NCBI GenBank assembly: GCA_002104905.1
Contig: MCFE01000059.1
Location: forward strand, 62,001-126,000
DNA from: Basidiobolus meristosporus CBS 931.73
Lineage: Eukaryota > Fungi > Basidiobolomycota
Length of the DNA: 64,000 nt
Reading direction: 5' to 3'
Part shown: positions 13,201 to 26,159 of the stretch, piece after piece
How the letters are laid out: each line of letters starts with the position of its first letter
Position numbering within the stretch: the stretch's first letter is position 1
The notes under the pieces: model-generated
Databases searched by the model: none
The model's input: only the letters and a program-made list of their open reading frames with translations
Told to the model about the DNA's origin: nothing
Position numbers and translations under genes: made by a program

Positions 13201-13989
13201 GAGGCTTGAGCCTTGCCCAACAACAAGAGCCATACCATTTGGAGATTTATACTTGAAGACATCATCTGCAGATTTGGCTGCATCCGGCAGTTGGTGGCTG
13301 ACAGAGGAGAGACAACATCCTAAATGATCCAGGAGTTGTGCTCAAAGTACAAGATACACATTGCTTTTACTACAGCTTACCACCCTCAAGCCAATGGGAA
13401 TATAGAGAGAGGACATGGACCATTGGAGAACTCTCTGGTCAAGACCTGTGAAAATAACACAACACTGTGGCCACAGCAATTACATCTTGCATTGTAGGCA
13501 GATAGAATTACTACCAAGAGAACAACTGGGTTATTGCCATCCAAGCTACTCTATGGACATGACTGCATACTACCAGTTGAGTTAAACACAGTTAATTAAG
13601 ACTCATTAAATTGGAGATCCAATATGCAGACTGAAGACCTCCATGCAACTCACATACAGCAACTTAATCACCATAACTTGAATGTCAACAGAGCTGCTGA
13701 ACAACTTAGGGATACACAACAGAATAACAAAGTGCCCTTTGACAAATCACACTCAACTAGACCAAAACCACTTTCACTAGGAGACCCAGTATTACTCTAT
13801 GATTCCACCTTGGACAAACAATGGAGTTGGAAGTTTGACAACAAATGGACTGGCCCCTACCTCATTTCCAAAGTGATTGGGAATGGAAGTTGTTACATAT
13901 CTGAGCTTGACAACACCCAGCTGAGAGCACCAGTTATGGGAAACCAACTTAAGTTATTCAAGCATAGGAATTTTGCTCATCAAGATTAG
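10217..13989 (+). pseudogene. Gypsy G1 pol (protease, RT, RNase H, integrase), disrupted
   Basis: Protease CHIDSGSEI. RT GPYANRWFVTKKKNGKLRFIQD and VFVDDIGIKG. RNase H LTVDASPIGAGA and ETDAKPL. Integrase tail KWTGPYLI. Confidence 0.92.
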
Positions 13990-14095
13990 TTTGCTTTGAC
14001 TCAAGCTTGATGCTGAGACAGGGGTGGATGTAGTGGGGTGACAGTGACACCCACTGACAGATGTGCTCATTCCCATATTTTCTGCTTCCCTATAT

Positions 14096-17000
14096 CCCTA
14101 TGAAAAATTATTGCAATTATCCGGTCAAAAGGCCGTCACAAAGTTAATGTCCCATGACTAAGAGGTACTGATCTTGTCAGGACACCGTCCAGAGACCGTT
14201 GAAAAATAATTGCACCCTAGATTTCACAAAAAACTTTGTCAAAATTTTTCATCACAACAATGTATAAGTGGCTTTTGATTGGTCCCCTGCCAATTTGCTC
14301 ACTTTCTGATCCCGGACACTCTATTGCCTCCTATGTTTGTGTGAATTGATTGGCTATTGCCTCTTTTTCATACTCCTTACTTCCTGACTCAACTGTTTCT
14401 CTTACTTTTCATGCGTAGAAATTGATTTATTTCCATTGAAACTTCAGTTGTACCTCAATTGCCAATTGTATTGACCTATACAAGTCTCTATACCCTACAT
14501 TAACATTAAGCCCAACCCCACACTTAACAAGTAACTCCATTAAAAGCCACCACTCAATAAGTATTTCTGCTGTAAAGCTCTGGTTCCACAACTTTGGCAG
14601 GAACCCAACGGCTTTATACCACTGTTCATTCTCTGGTTCCCACACATCCTGGTCTTCAGTTGGCACTGCAAGGTCTAGCTCCTCATCTGCCAGTCTTTGC
14701 AATAAATCCTTGCAATATTCCAGTGCGTTTTCTTGAGCACTGCTCTTGAAGAAGTGCTGCAACCTCTTGGTGTGCCTATTGATGTTCTAAAACTCCACTG
14801 AAGGCATTGTGATAGTCTTTTAAGTTCTTGACATTGTAGCCTTGTCTGTAAGTGGGATCTCCACTCTGTCAACAATGGAGGCTGTGGAGGCTGTGGTAGA
14901 CAAATTGCCTTTTTCAGCAAACTCATCTACCTTGCTAGAGTGTAGCTCAACTGGCTGCGCTTCCAACTCTTGTGAAAACAACTGTTTTCTTGTTGGTAAT
15001 TCTTCTTGGCTGTGACAGGATTCTGTCTGTTCCTGGCTTACGGTGTTAATTGGCAAGAACTTTAGTTTCTTTTGCATGCCTCCCTGTCTCAGGCTTGGGT
15101 AGACATTTTTCCCTATACCTTTTCCTTTATCACTGCCAGGTCCTTCACTGCTACTTTGACTGGGTGCTTCTTGAGTGGTACTACGCTTTTTCCTTGATAA
15201 ATGTGGTGCAACAAGGAGGACCACAACATCTTGGTGTACAATCAAGGTGCCCAGCCAGATGGAATAATTAGGCACCACTCCTACTGTTGTGTCCAGTTGG
15301 TCATTTGCTAGCCATACTTCAACGGTGCTGTTGGGGACTATAGACTTGTTCTGTTGGATGGTGCCACATTGAGCAATTAGTGCCAAATGATACCATAGTG
15401 TGCCATAGAGGCCAATTGAACCTATACTTGGCCACAGAGTGTGAAACAGAGCTCTGCATCTCCATGTAAAGCAGCCCCTGTGCTTCTCCTACAATGCCAG
15501 AGAAAGTGCATTTCTTGACATTTTTTTATGAATCAATGTTGGGCAGGATGTCTAAGAGCACAAACAAATTGAAGACATGCATCAGGTACTCAATACCCAT
15601 GGCACTCTGAGTCTAGCTCCTGTGGCTTGCAACATGTAACAAAAATGCATGGCACTATCTTGGACCACTAGTATTATCTGGCACTATAAGTGCTTTATAT
15701 AGATCGTACTTTAGGGCTAATAATTAAATATAGTACCAGTGGTCCAAGATAGTGCCATGCATTTTTGTTACATGTTGCAAGCCACAGGAGCTAGACTCAG
15801 AGTGCCATGGGTATTGAGTACCTGATGCATATCTTTGATTCTTTTGTGCTCTTACACATCCTGCTCAACATTGACCAAACAAAAAGTTCAAAAAATGGAT
15901 CTTCTCCAACACAATGGGTGAAACACAGGGGCTGCTTTGCAAGAAGATGAAAAACTATGTTTCACACACTGTGGTCAAGGATAGGTCCACATGGCCTCCC
16001 TGGCACACTTATCCAATGCCAACTTGATGCATCTACAGCTATTGTACAAGGAGCTTGTTGCAGGATTAGAATGGCTACACCACAAGCATAACGCTGAATG
16101 TGTATATCTCTGCTGCTACTGTATCCACTCTCTATTCCATCTTGCTTGGTGTGTGGAGAATACTGGGCCTTGCTTCACCATTTGGGAGTTTCCTATGGAG
16201 TGTATGTGTGAGGAGATAGGAAGACAAGTCAAGTTGCAGGTGCTCCCATATCCCAATCCCATCAGCAATATTACCTTCAAGTCCATCATGGATGTGATGA
16301 GTTGGCACATGGAGGTCAGCCAGGAGGAGTTGTGAAATGTGGAGTACAGATGTGCACATGGAGACACCTATTCCTATGGCATTAAGAAGCTAAGCAGCCC
16401 CAATGTGTGGGTAGTCAGTTAAGTAATGAAAAGTTGGGTTGAGTACAACAAGCAACTATTGTTTTTAGGAAGAATCTACCAAGGTATGCCAGATTTCTCA
16501 GGGTGACAAACCAACTTCTACACTACTCAGTATAGAACTCGCACAAACAAGAGCCAGAGAACACCTATAAAGGGGACCAGAATCCAGAAGGGAGAAGGAA
16601 TATAATGGCTAAATACCAAGAGGTACTTTTCAGATATTCAGGAGATATCTATAGCAGAAGTGGCAGCAACAAAGCATATGTTTACAAGTTGTATATGATA
16701 CCAGCAGTACAAGGTATATGGCAACTTTGCAAGTATCACACTAAAAAGCTGTAAAGTTGAGGTGATAGAAGTATGTCAATTGTGCCCAGTGTGCACATTT
16801 GTAGAGGTTAGTAAGCAGGAGGCCATAGTTTTTTTTTGATTTGAGCTATATGTGGAATATCCAAGGTAGTAGTGGGTGAGCAAATAAAGAGGGGTGATTT
16901 TACAGTGGAATATATATATTGCATAAGGGGAGGTAAAAAAAGGAAATACCATTTGGTGAATTGGTATGGTAGCATTATACAGAAGTAGCTGTAGGCTGCC

Positions 17001-17140
17001 ATACTGCTCTAATATTGCCATCAGAGACTTGATGTGGAGCTGTCAAGATACCATTAAGTTTTCTGCCACATAAGGCAATTGGATGTCCTGGCTGGTCAGA
17101 ACCACTTAAGATAGTTGTAGAGCACATTAAGAATGCAATA
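14096..17140 (+). mobile_element. CMC/EnSpm copy B: terminus, ORF2 C-terminus (-), fold-back insertion, transposase C-terminal half (+); internally deleted
   Basis: Terminus matches 2513. 15991-16335 reads HSLFHLAWCVENTGPCFTIWEFPMECMCEEIG (DUF4218-like). 15960-17140 aligns with 54380-55500. Confidence 0.85.
15342..16000. mobile_element. Fold-back (long inverted repeat) non-autonomous Harbinger-family element; right end truncated
   Basis: Begins AGACTTGTTCTG. Perfect 93-bp inverted repeat at 15577-15669 / 15738-15830. Homologous to 51002-51735. Confidence 0.85.
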
Positions 17141-18128
17141 ATAGCATGCAATTATTGTCACAGCACCAATCAAACCCTGTTGTTACAGCATTTCCATGTT
17201 CAGAATTCTTTTGCTGATTATCTCTCTTTTGGAAGCACTGGTCTGATGTGTGTCTTTTCCTTTTGCAGCAATAGCAAAACAGATTGCTGTTGCCTTTAAG
17301 GGGTCTTGAGTGCCTCCATTGTTGGTTATCATGACTTATCAAAGCATTTTCTTTTTCCTTCTTATTGGTACTGGATTCTCATAGCTCCTCATCCAGGAGC
17401 CTTCCATATTCATAATATATGCACAAATCTTCAGCTCTAGACTTTATGGAAGATACAAGGGCCTGAAACTTGTCTGTCAGGCTATTCAGGATGGTCACTA
17501 CAGTATCCTCAACAGTAGTTGGTACTCCCACCAATTCCTTCTTATCCACCAACAGGGTAATCCTGTTAATCACATTTTTCATTTCCTCTCCTGGTAGCAT
17601 CTTGGTAGTAATGCACTATTGTCTGAGATATATTGTCCTAGCAGATGAACATGACTGGTAGGTGTCTTCTAATGCCTTCAGGCATTTGTTACTGTTTATG
17701 CTCTTGATCAATGAATTAGCAATTTTGTCTTTGACATTGAGGCCAATGCAGTTTAAGGCACTGTGTTCCTTGTTCTAATTGTCCAGTGCTTCTATTTCTT
17801 CAGGAGGGCATTCTTCTCCCATGATAATATCTCAAAGGCCTCTTTCTTGTAGCAGCAGTTTCATCTTCAGCTTCCAAACTAGGTAGTCAGATCCTTGGCA
17901 TAACAAACATGTAGAATAGGTTTAGAAAGGTCCCAAAAACATGTGTGTAAAGCTTTAGGGCAGTTTAGACAACTTAGAATATTTTCACCAAAGCATCAGG
18001 TACCCAGCTCATAGAAGTTCTAAAGTAAATCCCAGCAAGAATTTTGGTCAGTATTCTCTATGATTTGAAGGTAATGAGTTAAGTGACTGAGTTAGGTGAA
18101 TGATTAGGTGGAATTACATATTTTTACA
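17140..18128 (-). mobile_element. Copia family C fragment (C3): partial 5' LTR fused to gag, with U5/PBS deleted
   Basis: ~17895-18128 matches LTR C. 17140-17895 matches 45160-45900 (MLPGEEMKNVINRITLLVD). Confidence 0.85.
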
Positions 18129-18321
18129 GCCAAATAAAGCAAAGTTGTATGGTGTCTAATATAACTCCACCACAGTCATCAGCACAACAAGGGCCAGACA
18201 ACAGCTTGCATTGACATTTAGTGTAAGAAGCAGGTCTACATCTAAAAAGCCACATTAGCAGTGTACTCAATGAAGGTAATATTCTGAACTTTGCAGGCTC
18301 CCAGTCATATAGGCAATTGAT

Positions 18322-21300
18322 ATTGTGGATATTTGTAACTTTACCTAAATATTCACCTAGGTTAGTCACCTAGATTATAGCCTACAAATCTCAGTGAATG
18401 CTGACAAAATTCCTTGTTGGAATTTACTTGGAAAATCTCCACCAAAACATCAGGTATTGTGCCAAGACTAAGCAAAATAATAGACACCACTTTTACATCC
18501 AATAAATCTCTATATGACAGCCACCTAATCTACCTGCACCCCAATCACTTAAAATATTTCTAAGACCCTCAAAACAGGTATTGAGCTGCAGATTATCACT
18601 CTCTGCAATGTTTACCATGGCTATTACTGGAACTGTCCCCTCTACCAAAAAGCCAGATGAAACCTACTACCAGGTGTGGAAGGTGAATATGAGGACTCTT
18701 ATACAGAATATAGCCTTTGGGATACTATTATGGCAGAAGATTGCTCCCCTAAAAATGTGGGAGAGGAAGTCTTATGGTACCAAAAGAAAAAATATAGTGT
18801 ATTTAGCTGCAGTTGCCTTAACATCTTAGACAAATTGCCAATCCAATACGTAAGCACAAAAGTGGCAAAGAATACCCTGAAGGCATTAGTAGACATCTTT
18901 CCAATGTATTCAGCTGCCAAGAAGTTAAATCTTGGATGAGGTTTCTTTACTGCAAAGCTGCTACTAGGACAAGAAACAAAAAGTCTAATCAACAGAAATA
19001 CACTGTTGGTTGATCAGATGGAATCAGTGGGGATACCAGACACTAATAAAGATATTGCAGTTACCATGCTGAATAATGTGACAGAAAGGTTTTGCGGCCT
19101 TCTATCAGACCTAGAGCGCACAACTGAAGATTTGACCTTACATTATGCATGTGGAAGACTCCTGAGCAAAGTATTAAAGATAACAAGCGCCAATAAGGTG
19201 GAGGTAGAAAGTGCCTTAATCAGCAATAATATTGAACAAAGAAGATACTCAAGACCTATCAAAAGAAACAGCTGTTACAAAAGGAAAGGACATGCACCAG
19301 ACTGGTGCTTCAAAAAGAGTTGTAATCAGCAGAAAATGCCTGTGTATGGAAATTATACTACAGCAGATGATTGACTATTTATACACACTAAATAAGACCA
19401 TCAGCAAGAATTTGCTGACATGATGCAACAAACTTGGAGCCTCTCAACACTTTACACACCCAAAAGATATGTTTACCAAATATAATGAAACTCCAATTAA
19501 GAAGGCTTTTATGGGTGATAATGGAACTCTTGATGTAGTTGGAGAAGGAACTATCCAATCAAGCCTTAGAAGCAGTAAGGAATCTACACACCTACCTTCA
19601 AAGAAGTACTCTAAGCATCAAAATAGCCTAGAACCCACTATCTATGAGTAAGGCCATAGCAGTATGACTTAATCTCAGATATGACAATTCTGGATGCTGG
19701 ATCATTCATCATAAAGGCACTCATATTGTTTCAGGTGTCAGAGATAGCAATTTATACATATTGACCTGTATTCCTTCATATCTGAGAGCCAATAGAAGCA
19801 ACCTAAATGAGGCAGCATCAATGCTTTTGCACAAGAGATTTGTAGACAATAATCATGATTACTTGGGCAAAATGATACAAGACCAGCTAGTTTCCGGAGT
19901 AAAAATTGACCCCCATGCTAATATGGAGCATTGTGAAGCATACATATATTTAAAACAAGCCAGACAGCTGTTCTATTGCACTGGACCAATCAAAACTGAG
20001 CAAAAATTAGATTTAATGCACTCAGAACTGTGTTATTCTATACAAAATTTATCCTGGGTGGGAAGAAGTTTTCTATCACTTTTATTGGTGATTACATTGA
20101 ATTCATAGGAGTATACTTCATGGAAGGTAATAAAAAAGCATGTTCTTAGCTCAGGGAGTTTGAAGTCATGGTGCAGTATATACCTCAAAATTTTCATCCA
20201 CTGATGTAAAATTGATGGGATAAAGTAAAAGACTACAGTACCATACACTGCACAACAAAATGGGATGGCAGAGCATGTAAATAGATCAGTAGCTGATATG
20301 GAGAGATCTATGTCCCATGTTTAAAATTTATTCTATATTTTTGGGTGGAATTAGTTTCTACAGCTGTATGTTTAAAATGTTCCAAGTCTTGGTATAAGAG
20401 TTGTAGAGGAATAGGGAGTTTAGCTAGTATTGTATTCACTAAAACTTGAACTGATCTTTATTGAGGTTCCAGCAGCTCCTTATCTACATTTTGCTAGATC
20501 AATTGCTGACTAATTGTATTTCCTAATGTGGGTTGTAGCTGATAACTCATTTGATTGCATCATCATCAACCAATAAGATCCTACTTAATATGTCTATTTC
20601 TGTCTGATAACAATCTGCTGATTCATTTGCTGACTAATGCTACTGATTTGATAGATAATACTGATGTACTGATAACCTAAACATACACTAATTGACTTGA
20701 CTAAATACTGATCTAACTTAAACACTCCAGCAGCAGATCACAACATTCTCCCCTACTAAGGTTGAGAGGGTTCCCCTGAATCTCTTTGCTTGTGAGATCA
20801 ATATCTTGATGGTTCAGTATTATCAGCAAGTCTTGCAAGCCTGAGTCTGTCCCTATGCACTAAGTCTTCCCAGTGTTGCCTTGTTTGTCAACTAGTTGGT
20901 AAGTTGCAAATGAACATTCTCTGATGATCTTGATTTGTCATGTCCATTGTGGCTTAAATTTCTTCCAAGTGTTGTTTCTTAGCAATACAAAGATCCTAAC
21001 TGTCAATGCTTCTGGTGCTATAGTCTTATCAAATCTCTGCTTCATCTTTTGTGCATTTTGAGATACCTTGGTCTGTGCCTCTTGACGTCTTTGTTCCAGT
21101 TGCTGGTGTCTACTTGGCTGACTGAGTTCATCTTCTAAGGTGTCTGTGAGCTTTGGTTATGTGAGATCTCCTGGAATCTTAAGTTCACATCAATAACCTA
21201 AGTAAAATGGCAATTGCTGGGTGGTGTTGTGTACTCAGACTCTGCATGCAAAGAGTGCTTGGTCTATATACTCAACCCATCTACTGACAACTCCATTTGC

Positions 21301-24300
21301 ATACTTGGTCAGCATTGTCCAAATAATCCATTAAGCCGTTGAGTGACTTCATTAGTTCTGAGGTGATATGCTGATGTTTTCAAGGGCTAGATCTGCTGCA
21401 TTTCCAGGTAAGCTTCCAATGTCTTTGCTATAAAGTTTGCACCTGTACTGGATAGAATCTCTACTAGGCATGCAAACTTTGCAAGGATCTCATGGTAGAT
21501 GAAACTTGCAACTTCTTGTTCACTGGCTAATGGTACAGCTTTAGCAACTGGCCATTTGGTGGCATGGTCAATTGCTACTAGGATCCAATGAATGCATTTC
21601 CTGATAGTTGGCAGTCTTCCAATAAAGTCAATTCCCCATCTTACAAGTAGTCTTACAGGCTCCAAGGAAAAGAGTTCAGCAATTCTCTGTGGTTGACCTG
21701 GGTTGATTTGGCAATTTGGGTATGTTTTCATTAGCTTCTCAATGTCTTGTTTCAATTGGGCCACCATGCTCTGGCTTTCACAAGGCTATAGGTTCCTTCA
21801 ATTCCAAGATGTCCATATCCATTGTGTAGCTTATGTATGAAATCCAGGCAAGCAACATAAGGTCAATAGGCAATAGGGCTTCCATCAACAATTTGGTGGA
21901 GTGTTTAATCCTGTACTACAAATTTGCCAGCTTCATCCTGGATTTTCTTCTTTATCTCTTCATCCACCTTGTTAGGAATGGCCTGGTCCTTCAAGTTCTT
22001 AGGTAATAGGCTAGGCCAATCTGATTCATGTACCAAGTTGAGTTGTGCAACCTGTTCTGATCTTGATAAGGTGTCAGCAACCATGTTGTTTTTTCCTGGG
22101 CAGTAGAAAATCTCTAAGTCAAATTGCTGAATTTATTCACTCCATCATGTCATTCTTCTAGAGAGTACCTTCTGAGTAAATACATACTTGAGGGAGGCAT
22201 GATCAGTCTTCACAGTGCATTTGACTCCTTCAATATAGCATCTCCATGTCTTCAAACCGTGGGTTAGAGTAAGCATCTTAGGGATCAATCAGAAATTTTA
22301 GTACGCAAGCTTTTTAAGGCTTTAACCAAATCTCAGTATGCACTTCTTAATGCATATTATACAAATGACCCATGTACATTTCAGTGCATGGCAAAATTAA
22401 CAAGTGGTAAAAGCAAGGGACAAGGGTTAGTGGCTTCATTGAGTGGGTACAAAAGCTCATCAATCCAAGGTATGGGGTACTTATTCTTCACAGTAACTGA
22501 GTTGAGGGCTCTGTAGTGAATGCACATTTTAGGTGTTCCATCCTTCTTCTTCACAAAAAGTACTGGTGCTCCCCATGGTGACTTGCTGGGTCTTATATAT
22601 CCTTGCTCCAGTAACTGATCTATTTGTCTTTTCATCTCTGCCAACTCCAATGGACTCATTCTGTAAGGTGTCTTACTCACTGGGGGCTATCTCCTGTGTC
22701 AATGGCATGATCCATGTCTCTGACTTGTGGTAGGCTTACAAGTTTATCTGGAAACACATATGAATATTCCTTCAAAAGAGTTGGCACCTTCTGGGGTGCT
22801 AGAGTAAAGGAATCCTCATGTAATACTGCCATGAGGAACATCTGGGCTCCTTTTCTTAGTGCTCTACAGAACTATGTCTTGCTAAGCTCACTTGTTTCAC
22901 ACACACTGGAATTGATCAAGTAAAAATCCAGTCTGGCAGGTAATAGCTTGTAGGTTTTGTTGTCTTTCTGTCTCTGAGTAACATGGGTTCTCTGGTTGAT
23001 TGATGGATTACAACAAAATAGCCAGGTTTTCCCAAGTACAAGGCTGAACTTGCAGTTCCCACATATATAGGCCTGTAGATCTTCTTCATAGTCATTGATC
23101 TTAAGCATTACTGGCTGAGTAATATGGTTGATTATGTGAGAGGTCCCATCAGCTGTTGAGACTGAAGTTGATTTGGTGGGTTCCAAGTTGTTTTCAGCTT
23201 TCAAAGCAAATTGTCTGACCTGTACTCATGCAATGCTCCTGAGTCAATCATGATCTTGGCAGGTACTCCATTGATTACACCATTTAAGGATAATAGCTTT
23301 TCTGAGTTGGAGGTCATCTGGGAAAGGTATTCTTCTGTCATATGGAAGGTGAGTTCTGAGTCTTCTTCAAGTTCATCCTCCATGTTACTTTGTTCCAGGG
23401 CATAAATATAGTTGAAGGTTCTTGATGGCTGGTGTCCATTTCTTCTCTCAGGGCAGTACTTTGCAATATGCACCTGCTGGTGGCAATTAAAGCAAATTCC
23501 TTTCTTCTTACACTCTTCTGAGGTAGGACTCTTCTGTATAGCAACTATTTCCATTGGCACTGCTTCTCATTGTCTTCTTTCATAGTGATGGTAGCCTCTC
23601 TGATTAGTCATTGTGAGCTTACCAACTGCAAACATAGCTGAGTCATAGGTAATGGCAATCTTGATGGCTTCTTCAATAGTCTGAGGTCTTTGATAATTCA
23701 CTTCCTGACAAGTTCTTTCTTTTAACCCACAAATAAAGTATTCAACTTGATCCAGAGGGTCCATTCTTTCAATTTGTCCAAGTAGACACCTATATTTGTA
23801 GATGTACTCTTGGACCATTCCTTTCTGTCTGAGTGTCTTCAACTTTCTTCTTAGTAGTGTCTGTTGGTGTGGGGGCTCAAAGGCATCCTGAATTTCCAAC
23901 ACAAACTCATCCCAGGTAGAGATTTCAGAGCATCCCATCATGGTGGATGACCTGATCTTGTTGTGGTACCACTGTAAAGCTGCATCTGCCAGGTAAGATG
24001 CTGCATAGTGTAACTTGCTTTCTGGAGCAATTCCCTTAGCCTTGAAAACTTCTTCAATCTGGAAGTGCCAAGCTCCCAGATTTTTGTTGACTCCACCATG
24101 GCACCGGTTGATTTTCACACCAAAGTTGCTTTTGCCAGGGTTTTGCTGGCTTTGGGCCATGGTAGTCATTCATTGTTGTTGCTGGCTTAGGATCTGGAGT
24201 TACTCTTGCGGCTGGGCCAGGATTTGCTGCATACCATTCTTCCATTCTTGATTATTGGACATCTTGAGGGAGGCTTCTTCTTTCTTTAGGAGGGGGGTCT

Positions 24301-25290
24301 CTGATTATAGCTGCTATTAATGTTACAAGTCTTGGCATAAGAGTTGTAGAGGGATAGGGAGTTTAGCTAGTATTGTATTCACTAAAACTTGAACTGATCT
24401 TTATTGAAGTTCCAGCAGCTCCTTATCTACATTTTGCCAGATCAATTGCCAACTAATTGTATTTCCCAATGTAGATTGTGGCTGATGACTCATTTGATTG
24501 CATCATCATCAACCAATAAGATCCTACCTATTATATCTATTTCTGTCTGATAAGGATCTGCTGATTCATTTGCTGACTAATGCTACTGATTTGATAGATA
24601 ATACTGATTTACTGATAACCTAAACATACACTAATTGATTTGACTAAAAACTGATCTGACTTAAACATTCAAGCAGCAGAGCATAGCAAAAAAATAGGTG
24701 TTGTAACAGAATACTATTTGATTCTGCTCTATTTGAGGCACAGTATGGATACAGATCAGGTACAGAGCACCTTGCAATATTTGGATGCACAGCATATATC
24801 AAGAAACTGGCCCAAAATCAGGCAAATTTAAGCCAGAAGTGTAAAAGGGATATTATGTAGTGCAGCAATGTAAGTACCCAACACAGACTCTGTTCAATTT
24901 TTTCACAAAAAAGAATATCTAATGATGATAAAATTTGAACATAAGTCCACCAACTTCAAGGATTGAAACAGTGCTATACATGAGGGTTTTCACACTCTGG
25001 AGCCCTGTACAACCATGGTTCAATTGGAATCACTGCCCAGTACTATCCCAGAAGTGATTATTACAGTGTCACAAGGTAGGATATCCAACTGAATTAGAAA
25101 TAGTTCAACTTAATATATGAATAGGGGTAGAAGTATAGCCTATACACATTCAGCCTGTATTGATGAGCCTCTGACTGTAAAAGAGGCCCAAAATAACCCT
25201 CAGACAAAGTTTTAGTGATCTGCCATGCTTGATGAATATTGAGCCATGATGGGAAGTCAAACCTGAGACCTGGAAAGATATCCAGGTGGA
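18322..25290 (+). mobile_element. Degenerate copia family C copy (C2), interrupted by gypsy G2a
   Basis: Diverged LTR at ~18322-18577 followed by GGTATTGAGC (degenerate PBS), then gag and integrase remnants. Sequence on either side of 20378-24688 joins into the equivalent of 46930-46980. Confidence 0.8.
20378..24688 (-). mobile_element. Ty3/gypsy family G2 copy a, both LTRs present (20378-20746 and 24321-24688); RT/RNase H core deleted
   Basis: TG..CA LTR pair, PPT GTAGGGGAGAA, degenerate PBS, and TSD TAAAA/AAAAA. Gag WHFQIEEVF, knuckle CFNCHQQVHIAKYC, protease IMIDSGA, integrase WGIDFIGRLP. Confidence 0.92.
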
Positions 25291-25299
25291 ATTTCAAAT

Positions 25300-25803
25300 C
25301 TTAACTACAAAATACTCATGGTAGGAGCAGGCAAGTAAAAATAGATATTTTTACAGCAAAATATAGCCATAGTGTATGGGGGGGTAGAGCAAGGAAATAC
25401 CATTTGATAAATTGGTACAGTAACATTAAAATGAACAAGCTTTTGGCTTCAGCAATGCTGCTATAATGCCATCAGATGTCCACAATAAGGCCATCAAAGC
25501 ACTGTCAAGTTTTTTCTATAAATGGAACTTGCATGTACTGGCTGGTTGGGACTCCTTGAATAAATATAAGCTGTACTAAGATTACCAGAATGCCATGCAG
25601 GAACTAATCAGGGACTGTTAACATGCCATCAACTCATTTAGTCCATTTGGAACCAAAAACAGCATATCACCATTGTAATCCCATCATAGAGGCACAATGT
25701 GGATCAATAATTTCATGCTTCTGGCATTATGGCAGTCTCATCATGGGATCTTAAGGGCTGATCCCAATCAGATTCACTTGTGGAACAAATTACATCTATA
25801 GGG
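25300..25803 (+). mobile_element. Diverged CMC fragment: transposase 3' end and transposase-proximal terminus
   Basis: Aligns with 55220-55698 and ends ...ACATCTATAGGG. Confidence 0.65.
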
Positions 25804-25849
25804 TGTGATATTTAAATTTCAATTATAAATCCTGGCAGCATCTATGTAG

Positions 25850-26159
25850 CAGAGAATTCAGGTCTATAACAATTCCTTTTAGTAGCTAAGCATGGTTGGT
25901 AGGTGACTTCCAATGCCTTCAAGACATTCCTTGTAATTTTTACTTGGGCATTGAATTGCCAAACTCTAATGGATGTTAAGGAAAATCCAATTAAAGGCAC
26001 TTTACACCTTGCTCTAGTGCTCTAGAGCTTTTATTTATATAGGAGGCCATTATTCTCCCATAGTAAAGTCCAAAAGGTCTTATACCTGTAGCAGCATGTT
26101 CATTGTTCCCTTTCACACTTGGCAGTTAGATTAATCCTACATTTCAGCAAAGGAAAAAT
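25850..26159 (-). mobile_element. Degenerate copia family C gag fragment
   Basis: Reverse complement aligns with ~45125-45430. Confidence 0.6.

Larger units (their letters stand above)
8791..14095 (+). mobile_element. Ty3/gypsy family G1, near full length; 3' LTR (from 14029) cut by a CMC insertion at 14096
   Basis: Both LTRs start TGTAGTGGGGT.ACA.TGAC.CCCACTGACAGATGTGC (8791 and 14029). PPT GAGACAGGGGTGGA at 14015-14028. Domain order is gag-PR-RT-RH-IN. Confidence 0.93.

Noticed and set aside
20747-21000. Chromodomain at the end of the G2 integrase
   Set aside because: Translation gives TYQLVDKQGN..LVHRDRLRLA and then ends shortly before the PPT; no chromodomain motif seen.
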